DNA of 64,000 bases from Candidatus Latescibacterota bacterium (GCA_965203805.1 OZ241917.1:3232001-3296000); one strand, 5' to 3'. Shown: positions 38,907 to 50,944, numbered from the stretch's first letter. Notes: generated from the sequence alone by a model not told the origin. Made by a program: numbers and translations.

Positions 38907-41681
38907 CTATTTCAACTCTTGCTTCAGCGCCCTGATCGTCTCTTCCAGCGCCTTCATCTCCTTGCCGGCCTGCTCCCAGTCCCACTGCTGCAGGGCCGAA
39001 CGCACACGGGAATAGTGCGCATCGGCTTTTGCCGCCAGTTCGGCAGCGGACTGCCCGGTCTGCACGGCCACGGAAGCCGCCGGCGCTTCCTCCTCACCGA
39101 TCGCAACGGTGGCGCCTGCTCCGGCCCCGAACAACTCCGACAGGGCCTCTTCGAACGTATTCCGCATCACCACCTGCCCGCCGAAAGCGACAATCACCTG
39201 CTTCAACTCCGGAATCGCCGTACTGCGTTCCTGCTCCCGCCTGGGCGGAGGCTGGCCGCCGGGCATGCCCTCTTCCTGTCCGTACGCCGGCTGTTCGGGC
39301 TCCTGCCTCGCCTGCAGATAGATGGGTTCGACGTAGATGAACGACCGCTCCACCGGGATGGCCAGCAGGTTTCCCCGGATCACCTCCGAGCCCCGCTGCC
39401 CCCACAACGTAAGCTGGCTGGAGATTTCCGGCTGCTGGTCCACCCGCGCTTCGATCTGCATCGGGCCGTAGATCAGCTTGTCTTTGGGCAGTTTGTACAC
39501 CAGGAGATGCCCGTAGTTTTCACCGTCGGACCGAGCCGCGAGCCAGGCGATCATATTGTCCCGCTTTTCAGGCGTGAACGGGACCATCAACAGGAATTCC
39601 TCCCGCTGCTCGCCGGGCAACTTGACGATGATGTAGTAGGGCAGCATCTTCTGCGGCTGGTCGCTGTAGATCTCGTTCGGAATCTCCCAGAGATCTTCCT
39701 GGTTGAAGAAGACGTTGACGTCTTCCATGTGATATGTCCGATACATGATCGCCTGCCTGAAAAACAGGTCGATGGGATACCGCACGTGCGCCCTGAGACC
39801 TTCCGGCATCTCGGACATCGGCTGGAACACGCCCGGGAACATCTCGCCGTAAGCTCGAATCAGCGGATCTTCCGTATCCACCTGATAGAACGTGACCGTG
39901 CCGTTATACGCGTCGACCACAACCTTCACGGAATTCCTGATATAGTTGATCCTCATCCGCCCGGAGCGGGTCGAATACGGGTACATGTCCGAGATCGTGT
40001 ACGCATCCTGAATCCAGTAAAGCCTGCCTTCGGACGCCACGACATAGGGATCGGTGTCGTACATGAGGAAGGGAACCAGCGTCTGAACCCGCTCCCGGAT
40101 CTGCCGGCGGAACATGATGCGGCTCTCAGGCAATATATAGCCGCTCAACAGAAGGCTCACGTCCCAGAACCGGATGGCAAACGACAGCCGATTGATAAAA
40201 CTGCCCGTGGGCACGCCGCCCAGCCCCTCATACGTCGAATACTGGTTCTCGTCGCCCTTCGGGTAGTCGAATTCCTCGATGCCCGTTTTCACGACCACGT
40301 AGGCGTAGGTTCTCTCGCCGTAATAGATCTCGGGCCTCTCGACCTCCAGCCCGGAAACCGAAACGGGCGGTATGTCCTTGACCATAAACGCCGGCAGGCC
40401 CTCCGGCGTCACGTGGTTCACCGGGCTTATGGTCACCCCGTATCCGTGGGTATACTGCAGGCGCTCGTTGACCCAGTTCCTCGCCTGGGACGGCAACCGG
40501 TTGGTATCCAGTTCCCGGGCGGACAACATCACCTGTCTGTAGACCCCGTCTATGGTGTACCGGTCCACGTCCACGCTCGGAAATACGTAATAAGGCCGGA
40601 TCTCCTGAACCTGCTGATAGGTCTGTTTCAGGGGGCGTTCATCCCAGATCCGGATGTTTCGCATCGTCAGGGGGTTGGCCTGAATGTCCGCCAGCGTCAG
40701 GTCTTCAGACGCCTCGAAGGGCTGCTCGACGATCCGGTCCAGCCCGTATGCCCGGTTCGTCGCCTCGATATTGTATTCGATGAAGGGGCCTTCCCGGCGG
40801 AGTTCGCTTGGCTCCACCACCAGCTTCTGCACCAGGGTCGCGGGGACCGCTCCCACGACGATGGTGCCGATAACGAGCACACCGACGCCCCTGAGCGGCA
40901 ACCGGGTATTGGGCTTCCTGACGTTCAGAAACAGGAAAACCGCCGTCGCCAGAAAGACGAACACCATCACCCAGTAGGCCCAGATCTGAACGTTGACATC
41001 CACGTAACCGGCGCCGAAGAACCGCCCCTGCGAATAGAGCAGGCCGTAGATCTTCAGCCGGTACTTCCACGCCAGCGCCAGAAGGAATACGCCGCCCAGC
41101 CCGGAAAGATGGGCCATGGGACGTTCCCCCACCTCGAGCCCTTCCCGGATACCAATGCCCCCTGCCGCGACGTACATCACCACCACGATCAGCGCCGACA
41201 GCACCAGCGCCGCGATCAGAAACCCGGAAAGGAAATCGTAGAACGGCAGCAGGAACACATAGAAGCCCACCTCCCGTCCGAAAATGGGATCCACGGCGCC
41301 GAAGGGCTGTTCGTAGAGGTACCTCAGCAGGACCGGCCACTGGCTGGCGCCGATGTTGCCAAGGATGAAAACCAGTACGGCTGCGATGAACACATGGGTT
41401 TTCCTGGACTGCAATACGCCGGCGGGTTCGTCGTCAACCCGCACCGCCCGCTGTGTCATGCGCCCCGCAATCCACAGGTTCACCCCCACCACAATCGCCG
41501 CGATTGCGCCGAAGACCATGCCCGATCCGAAGCGGGCGCGAATGATACGCCAGAACACCGAATCGTACTCCAGGCTCCTGAACCACAGCCAGTCGGTATA
41601 GTACGACACCAGGAAACTGATTCCGAAGAACCCGCCAACCAGCACGGCAAGAACGATCCATCCCCGCGGACGCCGATCCAT
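38907..41681 (-). CDS. UPF0182 family membrane protein
   Basis: TDWLWF, YTHGYG, NYIRNSVK, IRGNLL..P. Confidence 0.93.
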   Translation of the reverse strand: MDRRPRGWIVLAVLVGGFFGISFLVSYYTDWLWFRSLEYDSVFWRIIRARFGSGMVFGAIAAIVVGVNLWIAGRMTQRAVRVDDEPAGVLQSRKTHVFIAAVLVFILGNIGASQWPVLLRYLYEQPFGAVDPIFGREVGFYVFLLPFYDFLSGFLIAALVLSALIVVVMYVAAGGIGIREGLEVGERPMAHLSGLGGVFLLALAWKYRLKIYGLLYSQGRFFGAGYVDVNVQIWAYWVMVFVFLATAVFLFLNVRKPNTRLPLRGVGVLVIGTIVVGAVPATLVQKLVVEPSELRREGPFIEYNIEATNRAYGLDRIVEQPFEASEDLTLADIQANPLTMRNIRIWDERPLKQTYQQVQEIRPYYVFPSVDVDRYTIDGVYRQVMLSARELDTNRLPSQARNWVNERLQYTHGYGVTISPVNHVTPEGLPAFMVKDIPPVSVSGLEVERPEIYYGERTYAYVVVKTGIEEFDYPKGDENQYSTYEGLGGVPTGSFINRLSFAIRFWDVSLLLSGYILPESRIMFRRQIRERVQTLVPFLMYDTDPYVVASEGRLYWIQDAYTISDMYPYSTRSGRMRINYIRNSVKVVVDAYNGTVTFYQVDTEDPLIRAYGEMFPGVFQPMSEMPEGLRAHVRYPIDLFFRQAIMYRTYHMEDVNVFFNQEDLWEIPNEIYSDQPQKMLPYYIIVKLPGEQREEFLLMVPFTPEKRDNMIAWLAARSDGENYGHLLVYKLPKDKLIYGPMQIEARVDQQPEISSQLTLWGQRGSEVIRGNLLAIPVERSFIYVEPIYLQARQEPEQPAYGQEEGMPGGQPPPRREQERSTAIPELKQVIVAFGGQVVMRNTFEEALSELFGAGAGATVAIGEEEAPAASVAVQTGQSAAELAAKADAHYSRVRSALQQWDWEQAGKEMKALEETIRALKQELK

Positions 41682-41884
41682 ATTTTCTCCTTTTTCAAGA
41701 CCACGACGAAACGATGAATTCGACCACAAGAAAACAAAAAAACCGCTTTCTGTCAGCAAAAACATTTCGGCGGGCCGGCGCGGACATGGCGCCGCGCCTA
41801 ATCGTTGACATCCGGCGGCGCCTTTGTCTTATTATCCGTAACGCACATTTGCTTCGGCGGCCCGACCCGAATCAGGAGAAAACC

Positions 41885-42673
41885 ATGTCGGAATTTCAGG
41901 ATAAAGCGGTCATCGTCACCGGCGGCGCGAAGGGCATCGGCAGCGGCATCTGCCTGGCATTCGCCAGAGAGGGCGCCCGCGTGCTCTGCGCCGACGTGGA
42001 CGCGAACGCCGGCGATCGTCTGGCCGCGGAAAGCGACGCCCTCCCGGGCCATATCCAGTTCCAGGAGGCGGACGTCGCGCGTGACGACGCGTGCCGCGGG
42101 CTCGCGCGGACCTGCGTTTCGGAATGGGGCAGCGTGGATATCCTCTGCAACAACGTGGGCATCCAGCCGACACACAGCTACCTGCCTGCCCACGAACTGC
42201 CCGAAGACACGTGGGACGCCATCCTGAACGTCAACCTGAAGAGCGCCTTTCTGATGACGCGTCACTGCGTCCCCGAGATGATTAAACGCGGGGGCGGCGT
42301 GATTATCAACACGGCCAGCGTCCAGGGTCTCCAGTCCACCAAAGGCGTCTGCGCCTACGCCGCCAGCAAGGGCGGCATCCTTTCGCTGACGCGGCAACTC
42401 GCCCTGGAATACGCCGAACACAACGTGCGGGTGCTTGCGGTCAACCCCGGCACGATCGACACCCCTCTGGTCGACGAAGCCCTGAAGGCCACGGGCGGCG
42501 ACGAGAAGGAACAGCGCGAACGGATGGGCCGGTCCCATCCCATCGGCCGGATCGGGACCCCCGACGAGGTCGCGCAGGCCGTGCTGTTCCTCGCCAGCGA
42601 AAAAGCCTCGTTCATGACGGGCGAGAACGTGTGCGTGGACGGCGGCATGATGGCCAAAGGCGCCTGGAGCTGA
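41885..42673 (+). CDS. SDR family oxidoreductase
   Basis: TGGAKGIG, YAASK, PIGRIG. Confidence 0.93.
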   Translation: MSEFQDKAVIVTGGAKGIGSGICLAFAREGARVLCADVDANAGDRLAAESDALPGHIQFQEADVARDDACRGLARTCVSEWGSVDILCNNVGIQPTHSYLPAHELPEDTWDAILNVNLKSAFLMTRHCVPEMIKRGGGVIINTASVQGLQSTKGVCAYAASKGGILSLTRQLALEYAEHNVRVLAVNPGTIDTPLVDEALKATGGDEKEQRERMGRSHPIGRIGTPDEVAQAVLFLASEKASFMTGENVCVDGGMMAKGAWS

Positions 42674-42702
42674 TCACCCGTCCAGGGCCGCAACAGAACC
42701 CT

Positions 42703-43182
42703 ATGGACTATCATCCGTTTATCGTCCACTTCCCCGTCGCCCTGCTCACCGTCGGATTCTTCTGCGACGCCGCCGGCATTTTTCTCCGCAGGGACCACCT
42801 CCTCCGCACCGGCTACCTCCTCCTGGTTCTGGGCGCGGTCTCCGCGATCGCGGCCGCGGTCACGGGAGACGCGGCCGAGGATTCGGCCGCCGGAATCCCC
42901 GGCATCGCCGCCGCGCTCGAGCAGCACGCGTCCATCTCCACCGCAGCCACATGGCTGGCCATCGGGCTTGCCCTCTTCCGCACCCACCTCACCGTCAAGG
43001 GAAAATTCTCCGGAAACCTCCGATTCGTATATCTCGCCGGCGCGGCGGCAACGGCGGTTCTCGTTGCCGTCAGCGGGTACACCGGAGGGCGAATGAGTTA
43101 CGAATACGGGCCGGGTGTCAGGCCTGTGATGGAAATTCACTCCCCCCGCAATCCGGCTCCGGGAGAGAAGACCCCCGATTGA
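42703..43182 (+). CDS. DUF2231-like membrane protein
   Basis: HPFIVHFPVALL, H in the third helix, GYTGGRM.YEYG.GV. Confidence 0.82.
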   Translation: MDYHPFIVHFPVALLTVGFFCDAAGIFLRRDHLLRTGYLLLVLGAVSAIAAAVTGDAAEDSAAGIPGIAAALEQHASISTAATWLAIGLALFRTHLTVKGKFSGNLRFVYLAGAAATAVLVAVSGYTGGRMSYEYGPGVRPVMEIHSPRNPAPGEKTPD

Positions 43183-43244
43183 CTCCGCGAGTGGTACAGA
43201 AATGCTGCGATGTTCCTGCCTCGGATTTCCCATGGTTGCTTTAT

Positions 43245-44525
43245 AGTTCGCCTGACGGCGGAAGAACACCCTTTGAAACTAACCTCCGGCAGGACAAGGG
43301 CTTAACCTCTCCCACAAACTCTATTTTCTCTTCGTCCTTTTTCTTGTACGCCCAAGAAAAAGGACCAAAAAGAACGGCGCCTGCCTGCCGAGCAGGCTTC
43401 GGCGCAGGCAGGCCGCTCGGCGCGGGGCCGGTTTTTCCGTGAACCACCTCAGTGGCGGAATTGGAATTTAGGTGCCCTGTCACCGGACCAGCCCATCCCG
43501 AACGATGTTGCTGGACGGATTTGCACGGAAAAACCCCCCACTCCACCACCGTACGCCTATTAGGACCACATGATGTTTGGAACGAAAATATCGCTAGCGA
43601 TTGTGCGTTTAAAAACCCCCCTCACCACCGCCGACCTACCCCCTATCCCCCTTCCCGGAGGGAAAGGGGGAACGGTGATCCTTTCAGGGTGTCCTGGTTG
43701 TCTCCCCCTCTCCTCACAGGAGAGGGGGCCGGGGGGAGAGGTCGCGTAACAGCGGGGAGACGTAAGAGGTGAGACGTTAGATGACGTCCTTGCCTGATTG
43801 GATCTTACTTTATGCCTGCGGCAAGAAATGAAACCGTACAGGGCACACAATATCTCCCGTCTTACGTCTCCCGTCTCCCCGCCCTTAGGGAATTTGGGGA
43901 GCTATGGATGTTGAATCTGATATTCGCTCTTGCTTCAAGCTGACTGCCGAATGCTGACCGCTGTTTGGTTTTCTTTGTGTCTTTGTGTCTCCGTGTGATA
44001 GGAATTTCGGTTTCGACTAAGCTCCGACGCCTGTCTTTTCTCCCCCTCTCCCCCCGGGAGAGGGGCCGGGGGGAGAGGTCGCGTAAAAGCGGTGAGACGT
44101 AAGAGGTGAGACGTTAGATGACGTCCTTGCCTGATTGGATCTTACTTTATGCCTGCGGCAAGAAATGAAACCGTACAGGGCACACAATATCTCCCGTCTT
44201 ACGTCTCCCGTCTCCCCGCTCTTCAGGCACTCACGGTATCTCCCGTCTAACGTCTCCCGTCTTACCGCCCCTCAGACCTACCCCCTTTCAGGGTGTCCTG
44301 GTTGTCTCCCCCTCTCCCCCCGGGAGAGGGGGCCGGGGGGAGAGGTCTGCGGGGCTGGGGGTGGTTCGCTCTCGGCTGAATGCTGACAGCTGTTTCTCAA
44401 CGGCAGGGAATTTGGGGAGATGTGGATGTTGAAGTTGATTCTTGTTTTTGATTCTCGCTCTTGCTTCAAGCTGACTGCCGAATGCTGACCGCTGTTGGCT
44501 GGTTGGGCGGCCGGGGGGAGAGGTC
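43245..44525 (+). repeat. Mosaic intergenic repeat locus 6
   Basis: Intact module A and a duplicated C1 unit (~43730-43880 and ~44068-44220). Confidence 0.9.
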
Positions 44526-44663
44526 TCGTTTCGTTCTTGATCGGAGGGGCGTTGTACGCTACCTTTCCAGCGAATGACGCGAGCGCGTCTACGCCGTTAC
44601 GGGCGCCGTTTTCGCCGCGGCCCGGACACTTTCACATCGGGTTGTTCGGAAGGGACCGACAGC

Positions 44664-47012
44664 ATGCACCCCGCGCCACATCCACCGTTTCGCACCGCCG
44701 CCGTCCTGGGCGCGGGCGTTATGGGATCGCAGATTGCCGCCCACCTGGCCAACGCCGGACTGTCCGTTCATCTTCTGGATCTTCCGGGCGGCGAAAGAAA
44801 CCGAAACGGGATTGTCGACGGCGCGCTGAAAGGACTCGAGCGTCTCAACCCCGCCCCCCTCTTTACGGAAGGAACCGCCCGCCGCATCACCCCCGGCAAT
44901 ATCGAGGACGACTTCCACCGTGCGTCCGAAGCGGACTGGATCATCGAAGCGGTCGTGGAGAAACCGGACGTCAAGCAGGAGATCATGGCGCGCGTGGAAT
45001 CCGCCGCGAACCGCCATGCCGTCATTTCCACCAACACCAGCGGCATTCCGATCCACCTGATCGCGCAGGGACGGTCCGCCGATTTCAGGCGGCGCTTCCT
45101 CGGCGCGCACTTCTTCAACCCGCCGCGCTACCTCAAGCTCCTCGAACTCATCCCCCTTCCCGATACGGATTCATCCGTTGTCGATCGCATTTCCCGGTTC
45201 GGCAGCGAACGGCTCGGGAAAGGCATTGTTGTCGCGAACGACACGCCCGGCTTCATCGGCAACCGCATCGGCGTGTACGCCATGATGCAGTGTATCCGGG
45301 CCTTTACGGATGAGGGGTATACGATCGAGGAAGTCGACGCCCTTACAGGCCCGCTGCTGGGACGTCCCAGGTCCGCCACGTTCAGAACTGCGGACGTTGT
45401 CGGTCTGGATACGCTCGTGCACGTTGCGGGTTACCTCCACGATGCCCTGCCGAACGACGAAAGCCGGGACGGGTTCCGGGTTCCCGAAGTGGTCGACCGG
45501 CTGGTTGCGGACGGCGCCACCGGCGCCAAGGCGGGCAGCGGGTTCTATAAGAAAGAGGGCCGAAACATCCTCTCGTTCAACCCCGAGACCCGGGCATACG
45601 ACCTGCCGGCGGAACCAGGACTGGGCGACCTCGAACCCGTTCGGAAACAGAGGGACCTTTCCCGGCGCCTTTGCGACCTCTACGCGAACGACGGGCGGGC
45701 GGGCGCTTTCTTCCGGAACCATCTCCTGGAAGTCCTGTCGTACAGCGCTCGCCGCATCCCGGAGATCACCGCCAATCCGGCCGACATCGACCGCGCGCTT
45801 CGCTGGGGATTCGGCTGGGAGGCAGGGCCCTTCGAAATGTGGGATATGATCGGATTCGATACCCTCCTCGGGGACATGGCCGCCGAAAACATCCCCCTGC
45901 CGGGCTGGATCGAAAGCATGTCCGGGGCGGGCGCCGCGGGATTCCGCGACCGCTCGCGGGTCTATACGCCGGATCGCGGATACGTGCGGGAATCGGGAGA
46001 AGAAAACGCCTCGCCCGCGGTTCGCACGGACAAGCCCCACGTCCGGTGGCGAAACGAGGACGCCGTTCTCCTGGACTTGGGAGAGGACATCGCCCTCTTC
46101 GAATACCGCTCCAAGGCAAACTCCATGGGCGAGACACTCGTTCGCGGGCTTGTTGACGCGGTCGACATCGTCGAATCGGGAAATTACCGCGGCATGGTCA
46201 TCTGCAACGGAGGGAAGAATTTCTCGGTGGGCGCCAACCTGGGGGAGATGGTCGCGCACGCGGAGCAGAAACGCTTCGATCGGATGCACGGACTCATTGT
46301 CAATTTCCAGCAGATGATCCAGCGTGTCCACTATTCCGCCAGACCGGTCGTCGTCGCCACCCACGGCCGCGTCCTTGGCGGCGGCTGCGAACTCACGCTG
46401 GCCTGCGCCAGTCCCGTGGCCGCGGCGGAATCCTACATCGGACTCGTGGAACTGGCCGTGGGACTCATCCCCGGCGGCTGCGGCACCATGCGCATGGCGG
46501 CGATTTCGCACGAGCGGGCTTCATCCGAGCAGGACAGCCACATCCAGCCCTTCCTGACCAGGGCCTTTGAAACGGTGGCGACGGCAAAGGTATCCAACAG
46601 CGCCCATCAGGCTCGGGAGTACGGGTTCCTTCCGCCGGCGTCGCCCATTGTGATGAACCAGGACCACCGGCTGGACGCCGCCAGACAGGAAGTCCTGCGC
46701 CTCTCGAACCAGGGATACGCGCCGCCGCCGGTCCGCAACGGCATCCGGGTACTCGGGCAGCCGGCCCGCGCGCGGTTCGAAGTGACGACCTACAATATGC
46801 TCCGTTCGGGTTTCATCTCCGAATACGACCGCTATCTGGCGAACCGGTTCGCGTACGTGCTGACCGGCGGAGACCTCAGCGGTCCCGCGAACGTACACGA
46901 AGACTATCTCCTCGAGCTGGAACGCGAAGTGTTCGTCGCCCTTACGGGCGAAGAGAAGACCCGGGAACGCATCTACAGCATCCTCCGAACCAACAGACCC
47001 CTGAGAAACTAA
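44664..47012 (+). CDS. 3-hydroxyacyl-CoA dehydrogenase/enoyl-CoA hydratase (FadN-type)
   Basis: GAGVMG, HFFNPPRYL, FSVGANL, LGGGCE, PLRN terminus. Confidence 0.92.
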   Translation: MHPAPHPPFRTAAVLGAGVMGSQIAAHLANAGLSVHLLDLPGGERNRNGIVDGALKGLERLNPAPLFTEGTARRITPGNIEDDFHRASEADWIIEAVVEKPDVKQEIMARVESAANRHAVISTNTSGIPIHLIAQGRSADFRRRFLGAHFFNPPRYLKLLELIPLPDTDSSVVDRISRFGSERLGKGIVVANDTPGFIGNRIGVYAMMQCIRAFTDEGYTIEEVDALTGPLLGRPRSATFRTADVVGLDTLVHVAGYLHDALPNDESRDGFRVPEVVDRLVADGATGAKAGSGFYKKEGRNILSFNPETRAYDLPAEPGLGDLEPVRKQRDLSRRLCDLYANDGRAGAFFRNHLLEVLSYSARRIPEITANPADIDRALRWGFGWEAGPFEMWDMIGFDTLLGDMAAENIPLPGWIESMSGAGAAGFRDRSRVYTPDRGYVRESGEENASPAVRTDKPHVRWRNEDAVLLDLGEDIALFEYRSKANSMGETLVRGLVDAVDIVESGNYRGMVICNGGKNFSVGANLGEMVAHAEQKRFDRMHGLIVNFQQMIQRVHYSARPVVVATHGRVLGGGCELTLACASPVAAAESYIGLVELAVGLIPGGCGTMRMAAISHERASSEQDSHIQPFLTRAFETVATAKVSNSAHQAREYGFLPPASPIVMNQDHRLDAARQEVLRLSNQGYAPPPVRNGIRVLGQPARARFEVTTYNMLRSGFISEYDRYLANRFAYVLTGGDLSGPANVHEDYLLELEREVFVALTGEEKTRERIYSILRTNRPLRN

Positions 47013-47262
47013 CTTTGATTCGTCATTATTCGGGGACGTTAATTCGAATATGCGCAAGTGAATAAAGGCGATTTAACTGCAGATTTCCATGATCCTTCAG
47101 GTCACTGGATGTGAACGGAAAAAATGTCGTTCCGGACGACCTTTTCGGCCCGTTTCGGAAGGATTCGTCGCAGCGACCCGTTGCTGTTTTTGTCGAATTA
47201 CGGTTAATCCCCGCGCCATCCGGTCCGCCTGATGGCGTGTAAAAGAAGAGGTCGAATCCGCC

Positions 47263-48447
47263 ATGAACAACGAAACCTGCATCGTGAGCAGCGTCCGTAC
47301 GGCCGTGGGCAAAGCCGGGAGAGGCGCCCTGCGCAATGTGCGGCCGGAAACCATGGGCGCGGCCGCGGTCAGCGGCGCCATGGCGCGCGTCACGGGCCTC
47401 CTGCCCGAGAGCGTCGACGACGTGATCATGGGCTGCGCGTTTCCCGAAGCGCAGCAGGGCATGGTTCTCGGCCGCGTTGTCGCGCGGAAAGCCGGCCTGC
47501 CGGAAACGGTCCCCGGCGTTACCATCAACCGCTTCTGCGCCTCCGGGCTGCAATCCATCGCGATGGCCCACCAAGCGATCTCCGCGGGCCAGGCCGACGT
47601 CATCGTGGCGGGCGGTGCCGAATCCATGAGCCTCGTGCCCATGGGCGGAAACCATTTCATGCCCGATCCCGACGTCACGCGTGAGAACCCGGACCTCTAC
47701 ATCGACATGGGCAACACCGCCGAGAATCTGGCGGAGAGCGAGGCCATCTCGCGGGAGGAACAGGACGCGTTCGCCCTGCGTTCCCACCAGCGCGCGCTGA
47801 ACGCCGCCGCCGGAGGCCGCTTCAATGAGGAGATTGTGCCCATGCACGTTGTGGACACGGTGTACGAGAATGGCGGCGCCGCGTCCACCGAAACGACGTT
47901 CAGGGCTGACGAAGGTCCCCGCGCCGACACCAGCGCCCCCGCCCTCGCCCGGCTCAGGCCGGTCTTCCGCGCGGGCGGCACCGTCACGGCGGGAAACGCC
48001 TCCCAGGTGTCGGACGGCGCCGCGGCGACGGTGGTGATGAGCGAACAAACGGCCAGAGAACTGGACGTGGAACCCATGGCGCGGCTCGCGGGATACGCCG
48101 TGGCCGGCGTGGCGCCCGAAATCATGGGGATCGGCCCCGCCGAAGCCGTGCCGAAAGCGCTCCGCCAGGCGGGCCTCACGCTGGACGATATCGGCCTGAT
48201 CGAACTGAACGAAGCCTTCGCGGTCCAGGCGCTCGCCGTCATCGGCAGACTGGGCCTGGACCTGGATATCGTCAACGTGAACGGCGGGGCCATCGCGCTC
48301 GGCCACCCCCTGGGCTGCACCGGCGCCAAACTCACCGCCACCCTGCTGCACGAGATGATCCGCCGCAATGTCCGGTACGGCATCTGCACCATGTGCATCG
48401 GCAGCGGGATGGGCGCGGCGGGTATTTTTGAGAACCTGAGGATATAA
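47263..48447 (+). CDS. fadA: Acetyl-CoA C-acyltransferase (thiolase)
   Basis: NRFCASG, NEAFA, GHPLGCTG, CIGSG. Confidence 0.92.
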   Translation: MNNETCIVSSVRTAVGKAGRGALRNVRPETMGAAAVSGAMARVTGLLPESVDDVIMGCAFPEAQQGMVLGRVVARKAGLPETVPGVTINRFCASGLQSIAMAHQAISAGQADVIVAGGAESMSLVPMGGNHFMPDPDVTRENPDLYIDMGNTAENLAESEAISREEQDAFALRSHQRALNAAAGGRFNEEIVPMHVVDTVYENGGAASTETTFRADEGPRADTSAPALARLRPVFRAGGTVTAGNASQVSDGAAATVVMSEQTARELDVEPMARLAGYAVAGVAPEIMGIGPAEAVPKALRQAGLTLDDIGLIELNEAFAVQALAVIGRLGLDLDIVNVNGGAIALGHPLGCTGAKLTATLLHEMIRRNVRYGICTMCIGSGMGAAGIFENLRI

Positions 48448-48452
48448 GATGC

Positions 48453-50909
48453 ATGGACGTTCTGACTTCCACCTGCGGCGTCCTGTCCTTTTCGTACGTC
48501 GAAGCCTTCGCCGTTGGGGTTCTCGTATGCGCCCTGGGTTATACCGGCGCGCCGTTGTGGCTGTGGACGGTTCTTTCGGCCGCGTTGATGTGGACGTTCG
48601 GCGCGCCCGGCGGCCTCTGGTGGGGCTTCGGCGTCCTCGCGCCGCTGTTTAACCTGCGTCCGCTGCGCCGCGCGCTGATTTCCTCCCGGATCCTCAGGAT
48701 CCTCAAGGCGCTCCGCCTCCTTCCAACCATCTCTCCGACCGAACAGGCCGCCATCGAAGCCGGAAGCGTATGGATCGACGCCGACCTCTTCTCCGGCAAA
48801 CCCGATTTCAAACGCCTCAACAGCGAACCCTATCCCGACCTGGCCGAAAAGGAACGGGCATTCCTCGACGGACCCGTGGAAGATGCCTGCCGCCTCGCCG
48901 ACGACTGGGAGATTCACCGGAACCGGGACCTGCCGGAGGAACTCTGGAACACCCTCAAAGCGCAGCGGTTCTACGGGATCATCATTCCGGAGGAATTCGG
49001 CGGGCTTGGATTCTCCGCGTCCGCGCACAGCGCCATCGTGGGCAAGCTGGCCTCCCGCTCCATGCCTCTGGCCGTCACCGTTATGGTGCCCAATTCGCTC
49101 GGGCCGGCGGAACTCCTGATCCACTACGGCACCCGCGACCAGAAGGAAACCTACCTGCCCCGGCTGGCGCGCGGGGAGGAAATCCCCTGCTTTGCCCTCA
49201 CCGAACCGAACGCCGGCTCCGACGCCGGAAGCATCCGGTCCAGCGGGGTTGTCTTCAAGGACGAGGACGGGCGGCTGTGTCTGCGGCTGAACTGGAACAA
49301 GCGATATATCACCCTGGCATCCGTCTCCACGCTCATCGGCCTGGCATTCAAACTCGAAGACCCGGAAAACCTGCTGGGTAAAGGCGAAAGCCCGGGAATT
49401 ACGTGCGCCCTCGTTCCACGGGACACGCCAGGCGTTGTCGTGGACGGACGGCACGATCCGATGGGCGTGCCCTTTCACAACGCCCCCACCGGGGGCAGGG
49501 ACGTTATCGTCCCTGCCGACGCCATCATCGGCGGGCCCGAAGGCGCCGGCCAGGGGTGGCGCATGCTTATGGAATCCCTGGCGGCGGGGCGCGGCATCTC
49601 GCTTCCCGCAACCGCGGCCTTCGGCGCCAAGCTGACCGCGCGCGTGGCGGGCGCCCACGCCACCGTACGCAAACAGTTCGGCCTGTCCATCGGGCAATTC
49701 CAGGGGGTGGAGGAACCGCTCGCGCGCATCGGCGCCTTTACCTACCTCATGGAAGCCGCGAGGCGTTTCACCTGCGGCGGCCTGGACGGGGGCGAGAAAT
49801 CGGCCGTTGTCTCGGCCATCGTCAAGTACAATCTCACGGAACTCCATCGGCGCGCCATAATGGACGGCATGGACGTCCTGGGAGGCAACGCCATCGCGCA
49901 GGGGCCCAGAAACCTGCTCGCCAGGTCGTACCTCTGGGCGCCCATCGCCATTACCGTGGAAGGCGCGAATATCCTCACGCGGACGTTCATCACGTTCGGA
50001 CAAGGCGCGATCCGGTGCCATCCGTACGTCTATCGGGAGATACAGGCGCTCAGATCGAACAACCTGCGCGCCTTCGACCGCGCCTTCTGGGCGCATGCGG
50101 GCCACTTCATCCGCAACGCCTTCCGGGCCTCCATCCTGAGCCTGTCGCGCGGATATCCGGCGCGAACGCCCGTGCGCGGTCCGGCCGCCCGGTACTACCG
50201 GAAACTGGCGTGGGCATCCGCCGCGTTCGCCTTCCTGGCCGACGTCGCCCTGATTACGATGGGCGGCGCCCTGAAGAAAGAAGAGAAGCTGGCCGGCCGC
50301 TTCGCGGACATCCTCTCCTGGATGTACCTGGGCACGGCCGTGCTGCGTCGATTCGAAGCCGAAGGCCGCCCACCCGGCCACCTGCCCTACCTGCACTGGG
50401 CGATGCAATATGCGTTCGCGCAGATTCAGGCCAGCTTCAGCGGCCTGCTCGCGAACCTGCGCGGCTTTCCCGGGCTCGGGCTGCTTTTCCGCTATCCCGC
50501 CGCGCTTTGGTGTCGCCTGAACCCCATCGGCCGGATGCCGTCCGACGCCCTCGGCGGCGAGGTCGCGCGCGCCATGCGGACGCCCGGCCCCGACCGGGAC
50601 GCGCTGACCTCGGACATCTACCTGCCGGACTCGGCCGGTGACGCCCTGGCCCGGCTGGAAGCGGCATTCGAGCTGTCCTGTAAGGCCGAGCCCATCTCGC
50701 GCAAGATCAAAGCGGCCGCGCGCGCGGGCGCGCTCTCGGGCCGGGACCCCGACCGCCTGGTCGCGCAGGCACTCGACAAAGAGCTGATCACGCGGGAAGA
50801 CGCGGCGCTGTTCCGGCGCGCCGAGGCCGCCCGGGAACAGGCCATCCGCGTGGACGCGTTCAAACCCGAAGCATACCTCCCATATCCGGAAAACGCGAGG
50901 CAACGATAA
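48453..50909 (+). CDS. fadE: Acyl-CoA dehydrogenase (long FadE type)
   Basis: [34 protein letters not shown]-terminal extension. Confidence 0.92.
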   Translation: MDVLTSTCGVLSFSYVEAFAVGVLVCALGYTGAPLWLWTVLSAALMWTFGAPGGLWWGFGVLAPLFNLRPLRRALISSRILRILKALRLLPTISPTEQAAIEAGSVWIDADLFSGKPDFKRLNSEPYPDLAEKERAFLDGPVEDACRLADDWEIHRNRDLPEELWNTLKAQRFYGIIIPEEFGGLGFSASAHSAIVGKLASRSMPLAVTVMVPNSLGPAELLIHYGTRDQKETYLPRLARGEEIPCFALTEPNAGSDAGSIRSSGVVFKDEDGRLCLRLNWNKRYITLASVSTLIGLAFKLEDPENLLGKGESPGITCALVPRDTPGVVVDGRHDPMGVPFHNAPTGGRDVIVPADAIIGGPEGAGQGWRMLMESLAAGRGISLPATAAFGAKLTARVAGAHATVRKQFGLSIGQFQGVEEPLARIGAFTYLMEAARRFTCGGLDGGEKSAVVSAIVKYNLTELHRRAIMDGMDVLGGNAIAQGPRNLLARSYLWAPIAITVEGANILTRTFITFGQGAIRCHPYVYREIQALRSNNLRAFDRAFWAHAGHFIRNAFRASILSLSRGYPARTPVRGPAARYYRKLAWASAAFAFLADVALITMGGALKKEEKLAGRFADILSWMYLGTAVLRRFEAEGRPPGHLPYLHWAMQYAFAQIQASFSGLLANLRGFPGLGLLFRYPAALWCRLNPIGRMPSDALGGEVARAMRTPGPDRDALTSDIYLPDSAGDALARLEAAFELSCKAEPISRKIKAAARAGALSGRDPDRLVAQALDKELITREDAALFRRAEAAREQAIRVDAFKPEAYLPYPENARQR

Positions 50910-50944
50910 CCGGGCGCCGCCGCGCGTCCCGAGGAGCGCAATCC

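Noticed and set aside
38919-41717. 932-aa + strand ORF and other long antisense ORFs (47697-50903, 23837-25876, 18631-20136)
   Set aside because: They are shadows of well-supported genes on the opposite strand in GC-rich DNA.
43241-43772. Recurrent ORFs in elements A and B (GVFPCKSVQQH..., MHRILCPD...)
   Set aside because: Starts, stops and frames differ between copies, and the variation tracks base pairing rather than codons.
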